The notes: a model not told the origin generated them from the sequence alone. Counted from the first letter of the stretch, positions 26,824 through 36,775 are shown. The stretch: 64,000 nucleotides of DNA from an uncultured Acidimicrobiaceae bacterium (GCA_963791635.1 CAWBTC010000004.1:20422-84421), one strand, 5' to 3'. Numbers and translations are program-made.

Positions 26824-28735
26824 ATGTCCACGACCACCAGCCCCCCACCGCTGCCTCCGGCAGTCCTTGCCCAGCGATATCGCCTGGAGCGTCGGCTCGC
26901 GCAAGGAGGCATGGCCGAGGTGTGGCTCGGCACCGACCTGTCGCTCTCGCGCCAGGTGGCGATCAAGCTGTTGAAATCCAATCTCGCGACCGATCCCGTC
27001 GTGGCCGAACGATTCCGTCGTGAGGCGATCGCCGTCGCCCAGTTGAACCATCCGAACATCGTGGCGGTGTACGACGCGATCGAGGACAACGGCCGTCAAG
27101 CCGTCGTGATGCAGCTCGTCAACGGCAAGAGCCTGCGTCAACTGCTCGACGAGCAGAAGAAGCTCAGCCCCGAGCTCACGATCCACATCGGCTCGTGCGT
27201 TGCCGGTGCGCTCGATGCGGCCCACCAGGCAGGAATGGTGCACCGCGACGTGAAGCCGGGCAACATCCTCATCACCCCCGACGGCCGAGTGCTGCTCACC
27301 GACTTCGGGATCGCCAAGGGCCTCGAGCCGAGCAACGACGACCTCACCAACGACAACATCATGATGGGCACGGCGAAGTACCTCTCGCCCGAGCAGGTGC
27401 GCGGCAAGCGCCTCGACGGACGGGCTGATCTCTACTCCCTGGGCCTGGTCCTCTACGAGTGCCTTGCCGGCCGCGTCCCGTTCCTCGGCCAGAACGACGC
27501 CGACACCGCGCTCGCGCGCCTGCAACGCGATCCCACCGACATCACCCGACTGCGACCCACACTGCCGACCGGCCTCCCCGAGCTGATCCACCGCTTGCTC
27601 GCCCGCCGGCCGGATCAGCGCTACCCCTCAGGCGCCGCGCTGCGCGCCGCGCTGACCGAGGTGTCGTCGCGTCCCAACGATCCCACGCTGCCAGACGTCG
27701 CGCGACGTGCGAGACGTGACGGCATCGGCCAGCGCGCCACGACCGTTGCCGATCGACCCGACGTTGCGCAAGCCCTACGACCAGGCCGTCACCCATCCGA
27801 TGCCCGCCCGCGACCCGCTGGCGTCACCGATCACCGAAGCCATGGCAGCGGGTGCCGCCACCGCGACGATGCGCGAGGAGCGTCGGCCTTCCGGCCCGGT
27901 GCCCGTCACGTCAACCCGCACCACCGGTGGTCGACCGGCAGGTCCGCCGGTGCGCGCCGACCGCGACCGCACCCCCACCGGCTCGGCTCCGATCTCACGG
28001 CGGCCGAACCGCAGGTTCGAGCACCGCAGGGGACCGTCGTTGATCGTGGTCGGCGGGCTGCTGCTCATCGCGACCATCGTCAGTGCGATCCTGTGGAACA
28101 CCATCGGCGCCGACAGCGACGGTGGCGACTTCCCCACCCCTGCCTCGATCGACCCTGCGTCAGCGGGCGCGGTCGCGCCCGATGGTGCAACCGCGACGTC
28201 GGCCGGTGTGACCGGCGTGGCCGGAGGGGCCGACGCGGCCGGCCCCGCGTCGTCGCCCGATCAAGCCGTGCCGGCATCGACCGCGATGTTCCTCGGCGTG
28301 CGCTCCTACGACCTCGACCCCGGCGATCCCACGGAGAACGACGACCTGGTCAGCCTCGTCGTCGACAGCGACTCGGCCACGTCGTGGAGCACGAAGTGCT
28401 ACGACAGCAGCGAGCTCGGCGGCGACCCGGTCGGCATCGGGATCACACTCCAGACGCCGGCGTCCGGCGTCCTCACGGTGGAGATCGCCTCGGAGTCGTG
28501 GGCGATCCGGGTGTACGCGAGCCTCGCCGCCGACATGCCCTCGACCTTCGCCGCATGGGGTGAGCCGATCGGGACGCAGGCCGGCGATGCGCCGGATCGC
28601 TTCGAGGTGCCGCTCACCGGCCAGGCCACCCACATCGCTGTCGTGTTCACCGAGGTCGGTCCGAGTCGCTCGTGCACCGCCGACTTCCCGTACAGCGGCG
28701 CCATCGCCGAGGTCCAGTTCGCACCGTTGGCCTGA
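26824..28735 (+). CDS. PknB-type Ser/Thr protein kinase with a juxtamembrane linker, one TM helix and an extracellular domain; the reading frame breaks near 27656-27760
   Basis: The kinase motifs are intact: VAIK, HRDVKPGNIL, DFGIAK and GTAKYLSPEQ. After about aa 285 the kinase frame degenerates into an Arg-rich read-through that runs to 28563. The +1 frame (ORF 27707..28735) carries a Pro/Ala/Thr linker, the TM helix SLIVVGGLLLIATIVSAILW and a ~210-aa ectodomain. Confidence 0.75.
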
Positions 28736-28754
28736 CGGAGGCGAAGCGGGAATC

Positions 28755-29405
28755 GTGACGACATCCGACGCTCCAGGCGATCCAGGCGGTCCAGGCGGTC
28801 CTGACGACCGGGCAGTGGCACTCGACGCCGAGCGCCGGCTGATCGATGCCGCAACCGCCGGTGACCGCGCTGCCATGGACGCGTTGCTGCGAGCGCACTA
28901 CGACCGCATCTTCGCCGTGTGTCGGCGGATCACCGGCAGCGAGTCCGACGCCGCCGATGCTGCCCAGGAGGCGCTGATGGCGGTGGTGCGAGGTCTGTCG
29001 AAGTTCGATGGACGTTCGTCGTTCAGCACCTGGGTGTATCGCATCGCCACCAACGCGAGCCTCGACGAGCTTCGGCGTCGGCGTCGCCGTCCAGTGGTCG
29101 CCGACACCTCCGACATCCCCATCGACCGCGACCCTCATCTCGCCGACCCCGACGGCGAGCGAGGGTTCGATCTGGTAGCCGACCGCGAGCAGTTGGACCA
29201 AGCCCTGCGCCAGGTGCCGGAGGAGTTCCGGGTGCCGCTCGTCCTGCGTGATGTGGGTGATCTCGACTACGCCGAGATCGCCGAGACCCTCGACGTCCCC
29301 ATTGGGACGGTGAAGAGTCGGATCGCCCGTGGTCGGGCAGCTCTGGCTCAGATCGTACGAGCCGGGAACCACACCGACCCCGACGAACGTCCAACTCCTC
29401 ATTGA
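28755..29405 (+). CDS. ECF RNA polymerase sigma factor, SigM-like by position
   Basis: Region 2 AQEALMAVVRGLSKFDGRSSFSTWVYRIATNASLDELRRR and region 4 VLRDVGDLDYAEIAETLDVPIGTVKSRIARGRAAL. The GTG start at 28755 follows a GGAGG. Confidence 0.88.
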   Translation: MTTSDAPGDPGGPGGPDDRAVALDAERRLIDAATAGDRAAMDALLRAHYDRIFAVCRRITGSESDAADAAQEALMAVVRGLSKFDGRSSFSTWVYRIATNASLDELRRRRRRPVVADTSDIPIDRDPHLADPDGERGFDLVADREQLDQALRQVPEEFRVPLVLRDVGDLDYAEIAETLDVPIGTVKSRIARGRAALAQIVRAGNHTDPDERPTPH

Positions 29406-29418
29406 CCCCCCACCTCCT

Positions 29419-30306
29419 ATGAACGACGACGCACACGACCCCCTGACGCCCGACGAGGACCTCCTCGCCGTGAGCGCGCTCCTCGACGGCACTGCGACCG
29501 CCGACGACCGAGCGCGGGTGGACGCCGACCCCGCATTGCAGCAACTCGTGGACACCCTCCGCGTGCAACGCACCGATCTGGCCGACGTCCAGGTGCCCGA
29601 CAGGGCCCGCGAACGCGCGCTCGGCGCGGCGATGGCCGTGTTCGACGGTCTGCAGGCCCCGACTCCCTCCCACCTCCCGACCAATGTGATCCGCTTCGAG
29701 CGTCGTCGTCGTTCCTATCGACTGCTCACCGGTGCCGCTGCTGCCGTTGGCGTGCTCTTCGTCGGTGCCCTCGCGATCGGAGCGCTCGGTTCGATGGGCG
29801 GCGACGACGAAGAGAGCGCCTCGGTCGCGAGTGATCCGTCGGCGAAGGCCGCGTCCCCCGCACCCGCTGGCGTCAATGCCGTCGACGACCCCGCGACCCC
29901 GATGATGGAGTCCGCGGCGGCCGACTCGACGAGTGCCGGTGCGAGCGCCGGTGCGTTCGACACGCAACTGCCGGCGGCAACCGAGTCGGCAGCCGCCCCG
30001 ACCGAGGCACCGGAGGCCACCGAGGCACCTGCATCGCAGGACGGGATCGACTCGATCGACCAGGCGGCCGAGCTCGAGGTGACGATCGCAACGCCACAGC
30101 AGCTGCTCGACTACGCGAACACCAAGCAGCCGATCCTCGCCCTGCCCGGTCTCCCGTTCCCGTGCGTCGCCGACGGCCTCGAGGCCGTCGGTGAGGTGAG
30201 GTACCGAGGCGTGCAAGTGATCGTCGTCCGCAACCCCGCCACCGGTGAGGTGAATGCGTTCGACATCCAAGACGAGTGCGCACTGATCGCGACCGTCGCC
30301 CCCTGA
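29419..30306 (+). CDS. Putative anti-sigma factor with a single TM helix
   Basis: It lies immediately downstream of the ECF sigma gene. It has an N-terminal cytoplasmic segment, the TM helix LLTGAAAAVGVLFVGALAIGAL and an Ala/Pro/Asp-rich ectodomain. The assignment is by position and topology. Confidence 0.6.
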   Translation: MNDDAHDPLTPDEDLLAVSALLDGTATADDRARVDADPALQQLVDTLRVQRTDLADVQVPDRARERALGAAMAVFDGLQAPTPSHLPTNVIRFERRRRSYRLLTGAAAAVGVLFVGALAIGALGSMGGDDEESASVASDPSAKAASPAPAGVNAVDDPATPMMESAAADSTSAGASAGAFDTQLPAATESAAAPTEAPEATEAPASQDGIDSIDQAAELEVTIATPQQLLDYANTKQPILALPGLPFPCVADGLEAVGEVRYRGVQVIVVRNPATGEVNAFDIQDECALIATVAP

Positions 30307-30322
30307 CGCAGCCATGAGCGTG

Positions 30323-30370
30323 GCCGACTCGCCAGGACTCGCCAGGACTCGCCAGGACCGGCCAGGTCAG
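30323..30370. repeat. Tandem repeat, 10-bp unit gccaggactc (about 5 units, the outer ones degenerate)
   Basis: gccgactc / gccaggactc / gccaggactc / gccaggaccg / gccaggtcag, lying 17 nt after the anti-sigma stop. Confidence 0.88.
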
Positions 30371-30390
30371 TCCAACCCCCCTCGCTCGAA

Positions 30391-30440
30391 CCACCTGTCG
30401 CACGTCATCGCACGTCATCGCACGTCATCGCACATCACCC
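30391..30440. repeat. Tandem repeat, 10-bp unit cacgtcatcg (3 perfect units plus 2 degenerate)
   Basis: ccacctgtcg / cacgtcatcg x3 (30401-30430) / cacatcaccc, lying 24 nt upstream of ATG 30464. Confidence 0.9.
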
Positions 30441-30463
30441 CCGCCCGGTTAGGCTGCGCTCCC

Positions 30464-30805
30464 ATGGCCGGTAACCCGCTGAACAACCCCAATTGGGCTC
30501 CCGAGCTCGCGAACACCGTCGATCGCTACGTCGGCATGGTGCGCGACAAGGTGACCGGCAAAGCTGTCGTGGCCGTGCGCGGCATCGTCTTCGGCGTCAT
30601 CGTCGTCTTCACCGCGATCGCCGCATTGATCCTGTCGGTGATCCTCGGCACCAAGGTCCTGCAGCGCGTCGTCAACATCGGTGGTGCCGTCGATCGCGAC
30701 TCGAGCGTGTGGGTCTCGTACATGGTGGTCGGTGGAATCCTGTTCCTGGCGGGGCTGTTGTGCATGCGCAAGCGCCACACACCCCAGCCAGAGGCAGCCA
30801 AGTGA
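30464..30805 (+). CDS. Small integral membrane protein with two TM helices
   Basis: MAGNPLNNPNWAPELANTVDRYVGMV..., then helices GIVFGVIVVFTAIAALILSVILG and VWVSYMVVGGILFLAGLLCM. The stop overlaps the trxB GTG as GTGA. Confidence 0.6.
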   Translation: MAGNPLNNPNWAPELANTVDRYVGMVRDKVTGKAVVAVRGIVFGVIVVFTAIAALILSVILGTKVLQRVVNIGGAVDRDSSVWVSYMVVGGILFLAGLLCMRKRHTPQPEAAK

Positions 30806-31767
30806 CCACCGTCTCCACGAACCAGACCGTCCGCAACGTCATCGTCGTCGGATCCGGCCCTGCCGGGCTCACGGCTGCGATCTACACGGCACGCGCCAAC
30901 CTCGCACCGCTGGTGATCGAGGGCGAACCGTCCAGCACCAGCGACCAGCCCGGTGGCCAGCTCATGCTCACCACCGAGGTCGAGAACTTCCCGGGCTTCC
31001 CGGAGGGCATCATGGGCCCCGAACTGATGATGAAGTTCCGTGAACAGGCCGGCCGATTCGGAGCCGAGTTCCTCACGGAGAAGGCCACCGCGATCGACTT
31101 CACCCAACGCCCGTTCAAGGTCTGGGTTCGCAACGACCTGTACCTGGCGGACTCGATCATCGTCTCCACCGGTGCACAGAGCCTCATGCTCGGCCTCGAC
31201 AAGGAGCCCGCGCTGCTCGGTCACGGTCTGTCCACCTGCGCCACCTGCGACGGCTTCTTCTTCCGCGGTCAGGAGATCGCAGTGGTCGGTGGTGGTGATT
31301 CCGCCGTCGAAGAGGCCACGTTCCTCACCAAGTTCGCGTCGAAGGTGTACCTCATCCACCGTCGCGACTCCCTCCGGGCCTCGAAGATCATGCAAGATCG
31401 AGCGTTGAACCACCCGAAGATCGAGATGGTGTGGAACACCACCGTCGCCGACCTGATCGGTGAGCAGAAGCTCGAAGGCGCCGTGCTGCGCAACACCGTC
31501 ACCGGGGAGACCTCCACCCTGGCGGTCACGGGCCTGTTCGTCGCCATTGGCCACCGGCCGAACACCGATCTGTTCAAGGGCGTGCTCGACATGGAAGACA
31601 GCGGCTACCTGATCACCAAGCCTGGGTCGTCCTACACCAACATCGACGGCGTCTTCGCCTGCGGTGATGTGCAGGACCACACCTACCGCCAGGCGATCAC
31701 CGCCGCGGGCTCTGGGTGCATGGCCGCGATCGACGCCGAACGCTGGCTCGAGGCACACCACGGCTGA
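30802..31767 (+). CDS. trxB: Thioredoxin-disulfide reductase
   Basis: FAD motif VIVVGSGPAGLTAAIY, redox-active CATCDG, and NADPH motif VVGGGDSAVEEA. The GTG start is at 30802. Confidence 0.96.
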   Translation: MTTVSTNQTVRNVIVVGSGPAGLTAAIYTARANLAPLVIEGEPSSTSDQPGGQLMLTTEVENFPGFPEGIMGPELMMKFREQAGRFGAEFLTEKATAIDFTQRPFKVWVRNDLYLADSIIVSTGAQSLMLGLDKEPALLGHGLSTCATCDGFFFRGQEIAVVGGGDSAVEEATFLTKFASKVYLIHRRDSLRASKIMQDRALNHPKIEMVWNTTVADLIGEQKLEGAVLRNTVTGETSTLAVTGLFVAIGHRPNTDLFKGVLDMEDSGYLITKPGSSYTNIDGVFACGDVQDHTYRQAITAAGSGCMAAIDAERWLEAHHG

Positions 31768-31777
31768 GCCCTGCCCC

Positions 31778-31833
31778 GATGTCGAAATGATGTCGGAGTG
31801 ATGTCGGAATGACGTTTGGAATGACGTCGGAAT
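31778..31833. repeat. Tandem repeat, 11/12-bp unit ga(t/c)gtcgga(a/g)t x5
   Basis: Units at 31778-88, 31789-99, 31800-10, 31811-22 and 31823-33, in the trxB-trxA spacer starting 11 nt after the trxB stop. Confidence 0.88.
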
Positions 31834-31936
31834 GCTGAACGACTGTCGTCGGTTGTGACTTGTTACAATTCTGTGTCCCGTCGGGTGTCGTTTCTCGGAC
31901 ACCCGCCAGGTACCAGGACCTTCGAAAGGATCCGCG

Positions 31937-32275
31937 ATGGCCGATGGCATCGTCACCCTCACCACTTCCACCTTCGACGAGACCGTCGCCGCCAGCGAGA
32001 CACCCGTGGTCGTGGACTTCTGGGCCGAATGGTGCGGTCCGTGCAAGATGATCGCCCCGCTCCTCGGTGAGATCGCCGCCGAGCATGCCGGCAGCATCAC
32101 GATCGCAAAGCTGAACGTGGACGAAAATCCTGATCTCGCGATGCGCTTCAACGTGATGAGCATCCCGACCCTGCTCGTGTTCGACAAGGGCCAGGTGGCC
32201 AAGCGTCTCGTGGGGGCCAAGGGCAAAGGTGCCCTGCTCCAGGAGCTCCAGGAATTTCTGCCTCCTTCCCACTGA
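31937..32275 (+). CDS. trxA: Thioredoxin
   Basis: Active site [10 protein letters not shown], 112 aa, with an AAAGGA Shine-Dalgarno sequence upstream. Confidence 0.97.
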   Translation: MADGIVTLTTSTFDETVAASETPVVVDFWAEWCGPCKMIAPLLGEIAAEHAGSITIAKLNVDENPDLAMRFNVMSIPTLLVFDKGQVAKRLVGAKGKGALLQELQEFLPPSH

Positions 32276-33240
32276 CGTCGGGCCAGCGCGGCGAACCCGT
32301 CCGCGATCTGCAGCGCCGGCTGGTGGCCGCAGGGTTCCCTGTCGGTGCCTCGGCACAGTTGGGCACCTTCTGCGTGGCCACCGAGGCAGCGCTGCGCGCC
32401 TTCCAGGGCCAACGCGGTCTCAGGGCAACCGGTGTCTGCGACGAGGACTCCTGGAAAGCTCTCGTGGAGGCGAACTGGACGCTCGGCGATCGCCTGCTCC
32501 TCCTCACCGCTCCCAACCTGCGCGGTGACGACGTCGCTGAGCTCCAGGCGTCATTGGCGCGTCTGGGCTTCGACTGTGGTCGGGTCGACGGCATCTTCGG
32601 TCCCTTGACCGCCAAAGCCCTCGACGACTTCCAGTCGAACTGCGGTCTCCCCGGCGACGGGGTGTGCGGCACCGAGACGGTCAGAGCCCTTGGTCGGGTC
32701 ATCGGACAGACGGGTCAGGGTCCGGGCATCTCTGCGGTGCGCGAGCGCGAGCGATTGCGCCAGGCACCGTCCTCCCTCGGCTCGCTGAGGGTGGTGGTCG
32801 GCCAGTTCGGCGGCCTCAGCAGCATCACTCGGGCTGTCAGTCGGGAGCTGCGCCTGGCGGGAGCGCACGTCATGCCCCTCGACGAACCCGATGCCGTCGT
32901 CCAAGCCCGAACAGCGAATCAGTTCAACGCACACCTGTACCTCGGGTTCGAGGCGAGCCGAGCCGACGAGACCGTCGTTCACTTCTACAAGGTCCCGACG
33001 TTCGAGTCCATCGGTGGCAAGGGTCTCGCAGGCTGCTTGTCCGACGAGCTCCGGGGGTGCGGGCTCACCGTCGCCCCACCCTGTGGGATGCGCTTGCCGG
33101 TGTTGCGCGAAACGCGGATGCCGGCGGTGCTCGTCACCCTTGCGCCCGTACGCGTGGCCGTCGATGCTGCCCCCGACGTGAGCGCGAGAGTGGTGGAATC
33201 CGTCCGACAGTGGATGAAACTGTGTACACGCTCTACCTGA
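32272..33240 (+). CDS. cwlM: CwlM-like protein with two peptidoglycan-binding (PG_binding_1) repeats and an N-acetylmuramoyl-L-alanine amidase (Amidase_3) domain
   Basis: PG-binding repeats are seen at ..[13 protein letters not shown].., [22 protein letters not shown] and [14 protein letters not shown]...[15 protein letters not shown]. The amidase_3 tail includes PAVLVTL. The gene sits after trxB-trxA as in Mycobacterium. The first listed start is GTG 32323, but the in-frame upstream [17 protein letters not shown] completes repeat 1, so a CTG start at 32272 (CTGA overlap with the trxA stop) is proposed tentatively. Confidence 0.8.
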   Translation: MTSGQRGEPVRDLQRRLVAAGFPVGASAQLGTFCVATEAALRAFQGQRGLRATGVCDEDSWKALVEANWTLGDRLLLLTAPNLRGDDVAELQASLARLGFDCGRVDGIFGPLTAKALDDFQSNCGLPGDGVCGTETVRALGRVIGQTGQGPGISAVRERERLRQAPSSLGSLRVVVGQFGGLSSITRAVSRELRLAGAHVMPLDEPDAVVQARTANQFNAHLYLGFEASRADETVVHFYKVPTFESIGGKGLAGCLSDELRGCGLTVAPPCGMRLPVLRETRMPAVLVTLAPVRVAVDAAPDVSARVVESVRQWMKLCTRST

Positions 33241-33270
33241 GGTACAGATCTTCGAACCTCGATAGAGAGT

Positions 33271-33279
33271 TTATCCACA
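33271..33279 (+). promoter_or_regulatory. Perfect E. coli-type DnaA box TTATCCACA in the cwlM-parB spacer
   Basis: Exact 9-mer in a locally AT-richer stretch (gatagagagTTATCCACAgggTTTTCCACtag). A 2-mismatch copy lies at 33283-33291. Confidence 0.3.
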
Positions 33280-33356
33280 GGGTTTTCCACTAGTTGTGCG
33301 TAACGCTCACGTCGAACTCGCGCGTGAGACATCACCTGGAGTGGTGAAAGACCACG

Positions 33357-34343
33357 CTACGTGTCCAAGGTTGACGCTGCACCGCCGCTCATCAGGTGAT
33401 ATAGCCGCTCGAGATCTTCAAGATCCGCGAACTCGATCACGAGCTTGCCGCGCTTTGTCCCCATGCTGACCGCAACACTGGTGGACAAACACTCAGCCAG
33501 GAGCTCTTCGAGCTCCAACAGCCCTGGTGGGCGCAGTCGGCTGCCTGTCTTCGCACCCCGCAAGGCTGTGGATGTCGGGGCACCCTCGGACGTCCCGGCA
33601 TCGGCATCAGCATCGATCAGCCCGCCGCCGAGGCCACTGCTTCGATCGCGAACGGCCTCTTCCACTGCCCGGACCGGCCACCCCTCTGCCGCGGCTCGAC
33701 GGGCGAGCTGCTCCTGGAAGGCCCGATCGGGAGTGCCGAGCAACGCTTTCGCATGACCGGCCGACAACCGCCCGTCGCCGAGCAGGTGTTGGATCGATGC
33801 CGGCAACGACATCAGGCGCAAGATGTTCGTGACCGCCGATCGGCTCTTGCCGACGCGGGTGGCCACTTGTTCGTGGGTGAAGTGGAAGTCCTCGATGAGC
33901 TGTTGATACGCAGCCGCCTCCTCCAATGGCGTGAGGTCCTGGCGATGCAGGTTCTCCACCAGGGCGCGCTCGACGGATCCGAGATCGTCGGTCGTGCGAA
34001 TGACGGCCGGGATCACCGCAAGGCCCGCCCGACGGGCTGCACGCCATCGGCGCTCGCCGGCGAGCAACTCGTAGCCGGCCCCATCGGTGGCCGGACGTAC
34101 CAGGATCGGTTGGAGCACGCCGATCTCGCGGATCGACGAGGCCAGTTCGCTCAGTGACTCCTCGTCGAAGTGCACTCGCGGTTGGTTGGGGTTGGGGACG
34201 ATCGTGTCGATCGGGACGTCCTCGAGCCTGGCGCCGTCGGGGCCCCCGTCGCTGGTGCCCTCCCCCGTCGATCCGCCCTGGACGGTCGGGATGGTCGGGA
34301 TGAGAGCACTGAGTCCTTTACCCAATCCGCTGGGACGAGCCAC
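33357..34343 (-). CDS. parB: Chromosome-partitioning protein ParB
   Basis: LGKGLSALIP, the CTP/arginine patch LLAGERRWRAARRAG, and the HTH QVATRVGKSRSAVTNILRL. The GTG start at 34343 lies 6 nt after a GGAGG and overlaps the parA 3' end. Confidence 0.95.
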   Translation of the reverse strand: MARPSGLGKGLSALIPTIPTVQGGSTGEGTSDGGPDGARLEDVPIDTIVPNPNQPRVHFDEESLSELASSIREIGVLQPILVRPATDGAGYELLAGERRWRAARRAGLAVIPAVIRTTDDLGSVERALVENLHRQDLTPLEEAAAYQQLIEDFHFTHEQVATRVGKSRSAVTNILRLMSLPASIQHLLGDGRLSAGHAKALLGTPDRAFQEQLARRAAAEGWPVRAVEEAVRDRSSGLGGGLIDADADAGTSEGAPTSTALRGAKTGSRLRPPGLLELEELLAECLSTSVAVSMGTKRGKLVIEFADLEDLERLYHLMSGGAASTLDT

Positions 34344-35160
34344 GGGCGACCTCCTTGGCGACTTCGCGGTATGCAACCGCGCCTCGAGATGTGGGATCGA
34401 AGGTGATGATCGGCTGCCCGAACGAGGGCGCCTCCGACAAGCGCACGGTGCGGGGGACCACCGTGCGGCACACCTTGTCGCCGAAGTGCTCACGCACCTC
34501 GCGCACGACCTGATCGGCCAGCTTCGTGCGAGCGTCGTACATGACGCACACGATCGTGCTGACCTCGAGCTTGGGATTGAGGTTGCGCTTCACGAGATCG
34601 ACGTTGCGGAGCAGTTGGCCGAGGCCCTCGAGTGCGTAGTACTCGCACTGGATCGGCACCAGCACTTCGCTGGCAGCGTTCAGCCCGTTCACCGTGAGCA
34701 AGCCGAGCGACGGCGGACAGTCGATCAGCACGTAGTCGTAGTCGTCGAGCACGGCTTCGATCGCCCGACGGAGCCGGTTCTCACGACTGAACGCCGGCAC
34801 CAACTCGATTTCGGCACCTGCGAGATCGAGACTCGCCGGCGCGACGAAGAGGTTCTTCACCGATGACGGCTCGACACAATCTTCCAGCGGCACCTCGTGC
34901 ATGATCACGTGGTACATCGACGTCTCGAGCCCGCGGTTCTCGATGCCGAGACCGGTCGACGCGTTGCCTTGGGGATCGAGATCGATCACGAGGGTTCGGT
35001 GGCCCAGTTCGGCGAGACACGCGCCGAGGTTGACCGTGGTCGTGGTCTTGCCCACGCCGCCTTTCTGGTTGGCAATCGCGATCACCCGTGGCAACGGGCG
35101 ACCGGTCGGGGTACCCGGGTTGTCCGGGGAGACGCCATCACTCGACGCGCTCAGTGACAT
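34318..35160 (-). CDS. parA: Chromosome-partitioning ATPase ParA (Soj)
   Basis: Deviant Walker A NQKGGVGKTTTTVNLG, followed by VLVIDLDPQGNAS. The start is ATG 35160; the ORF extends up to 35196. Confidence 0.95.
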   Translation of the reverse strand: MSLSASSDGVSPDNPGTPTGRPLPRVIAIANQKGGVGKTTTTVNLGACLAELGHRTLVIDLDPQGNASTGLGIENRGLETSMYHVIMHEVPLEDCVEPSSVKNLFVAPASLDLAGAEIELVPAFSRENRLRRAIEAVLDDYDYVLIDCPPSLGLLTVNGLNAASEVLVPIQCEYYALEGLGQLLRNVDLVKRNLNPKLEVSTIVCVMYDARTKLADQVVREVREHFGDKVCRTVVPRTVRLSEAPSFGQPIITFDPTSRGAVAYREVAKEVARGSSQRIG

Positions 35161-35351
35161 GAAGACCTCAGCTCCTGTGTCGGCAGACGTCAGCACGAAC
35201 GATGCTCCGGGACGGCGATCGAGGCGACCTGGTCCCCGGCAACGTGCCGGTGCTGCGACAGCAGGTTAGCAACATTCGCCGCACGCGTGGTGGTACCTGG
35301 CCGTGCGTTCTCTCGTGCGGGTCCGCCATCAGCGTCCGTTCATCACCGGTG

Positions 35352-35365
35352 GTTCCACGTGGAAC
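35352..35365. promoter_or_regulatory. parS site (ParB-binding centromere-like palindrome), copy 1
   Basis: Perfect palindrome GTTCCACGTGGAAC. The canonical parS core is GTTTCACGTGAAAC. It lies about 190 nt upstream of the parA start. Confidence 0.85.
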
Positions 35366-35534
35366 AGAGCGAGCAGGCTGTTCCCCGACGACATCACACC
35401 TGGTCAGGGGACTGTCATGAAGGTGTGAGGGGTCATCGACCTGTCCAACACCCTTCACGGCCTCGCTGCTGGCCTCCTGCATATCTTGGATCCGACGCTG
35501 TGAATGTCCGAGACGACACGCGTCCCGCAATCGA

Positions 35535-35548
35535 GTTCCACGTGGAAC
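35535..35548. promoter_or_regulatory. parS site, copy 2
   Basis: Identical 14-mer GTTCCACGTGGAAC. Confidence 0.85.
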
Positions 35549-35645
35549 CAACGAATCAGGTCTGGCATGGGGTTCGACGTGACGGCAGCAGGATGTCCAC
35601 GCTTCCTGAACACCCTGAACCACCGGGACCCGGAACCGAATGTAT

Positions 35646-35708
35646 GACTCGGGTTCGGTGACACGGGTTCGGTGACTCGGGCTGGGTCAGTCGGGATCGT
35701 CACGTCGG
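35646..35708. repeat. Degenerate tandem repeat, 13/14-bp unit gac(t/a)cggg(t/c)t(c/g)ggt, about 4.5 units
   Basis: gactcgggttcggt / gacacgggttcggt / gactcgggctgggt / cagtcgggatcgt / cacgtcgg, located between parS copies 2 and 3. Confidence 0.75.
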
Positions 35709-35791
35709 CCGTTGCCTGACGATCATGACACCGGTTCGGCCAGCGGACGGCGTCCGGCTGGTTGTTCCAGTCCCCCCGGCGACCCAAGTGT

Positions 35792-35805
35792 GTTCCACGT
35801 GGAAC
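35792..35805. promoter_or_regulatory. parS site, copy 3
   Basis: Identical 14-mer GTTCCACGTGGAAC, in the context tGTTCCACGTGGAACg. Confidence 0.85.
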
Positions 35806-36547
35806 GGTGAGGACCGCGAGACGCTTGTGGCAGCTCGACTCACATCCGTTGTGAGCTCGACGAGGGCCGGAGACACCAGTGCAGCCTCGCCTCGTTCGGA
35901 TGGGGCCTCAGCTTCAGCGTCCGACCACGTGAAGCCACGACACCTGGTGAACCGAACATCGACATGCGACGGGAAGTGTCGATGCGTGACGTCCGGGCAA
36001 CTCGGGGCCGCTGCGCTCCGGTCCCTGATGATCCGAGCTCATCGCGATCAGCGCCTTGGTGTCACCAGTCGATTGCTCGATCGGGGTTCCTGACCCGCAC
36101 TCGCTCCGGATCCAGCCGCCGGGTCCGACTCGACCATCTCCGCCAACTTGCTCGCTGCGCACACCGGTCGTCTCCAGCGACCGCCGCGACCGCCGGTCGA
36201 GATCGACACCGAGCCCGCCCCGCTCCAACGACTCCAACGACTCCTTCGGCGCCACTCGACACGATGTTCGACACGACTCCTCCGGCATACGGCAGCCGCA
36301 CTCCAGAACCCGTACCTCCGAATCGGGGGTGTTCGTCCAGATGGTCTCGCTGACGCACGACCGAGCTGATCCGCTGGGCAACGTGGAACGTGAAGGGAGC
36401 CGGACACTTGGCAGCGCGAGATCCTGCGACTCGCCAACGGGGATCTGCACTCACAGCGAACGGGGTCGCGGACACGTTTCTCCGATTCCGTTTCTCGCCC
36501 GTTCCAGCGCCTTCCACATTCCACATGCACGGCGAGGTCGCGGCGTT

Positions 36548-36561
36548 GTTTCACGTGGAAC
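36548..36561. promoter_or_regulatory. parS site, copy 4 (hybrid half-sites)
   Basis: GTTTCACGTGGAAC has a canonical left half and a variant right half. A further 3-mismatch copy, GGGCAACGTGGAAC, lies at 36376-36389. Confidence 0.75.
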
Positions 36562-36775
36562 CACACGACGACTCCGGACCACTTCTGGGACGCGGCCCAT
36601 CGTCTCCGTTGCAACTCCAGCGTCGACAGCCCACCTCGTCGAGTAGACGCCAGTGGTGATGTCCTGCGCTCAACGATGACGGCTTGGCGTTCGTCATCTC
36701 GCACCAGGACCGGCGCGATGGGCACGCCTCGGATCCTGGCGGTCATGTCGGACGGACTGCCGACGAGACGTCGTT

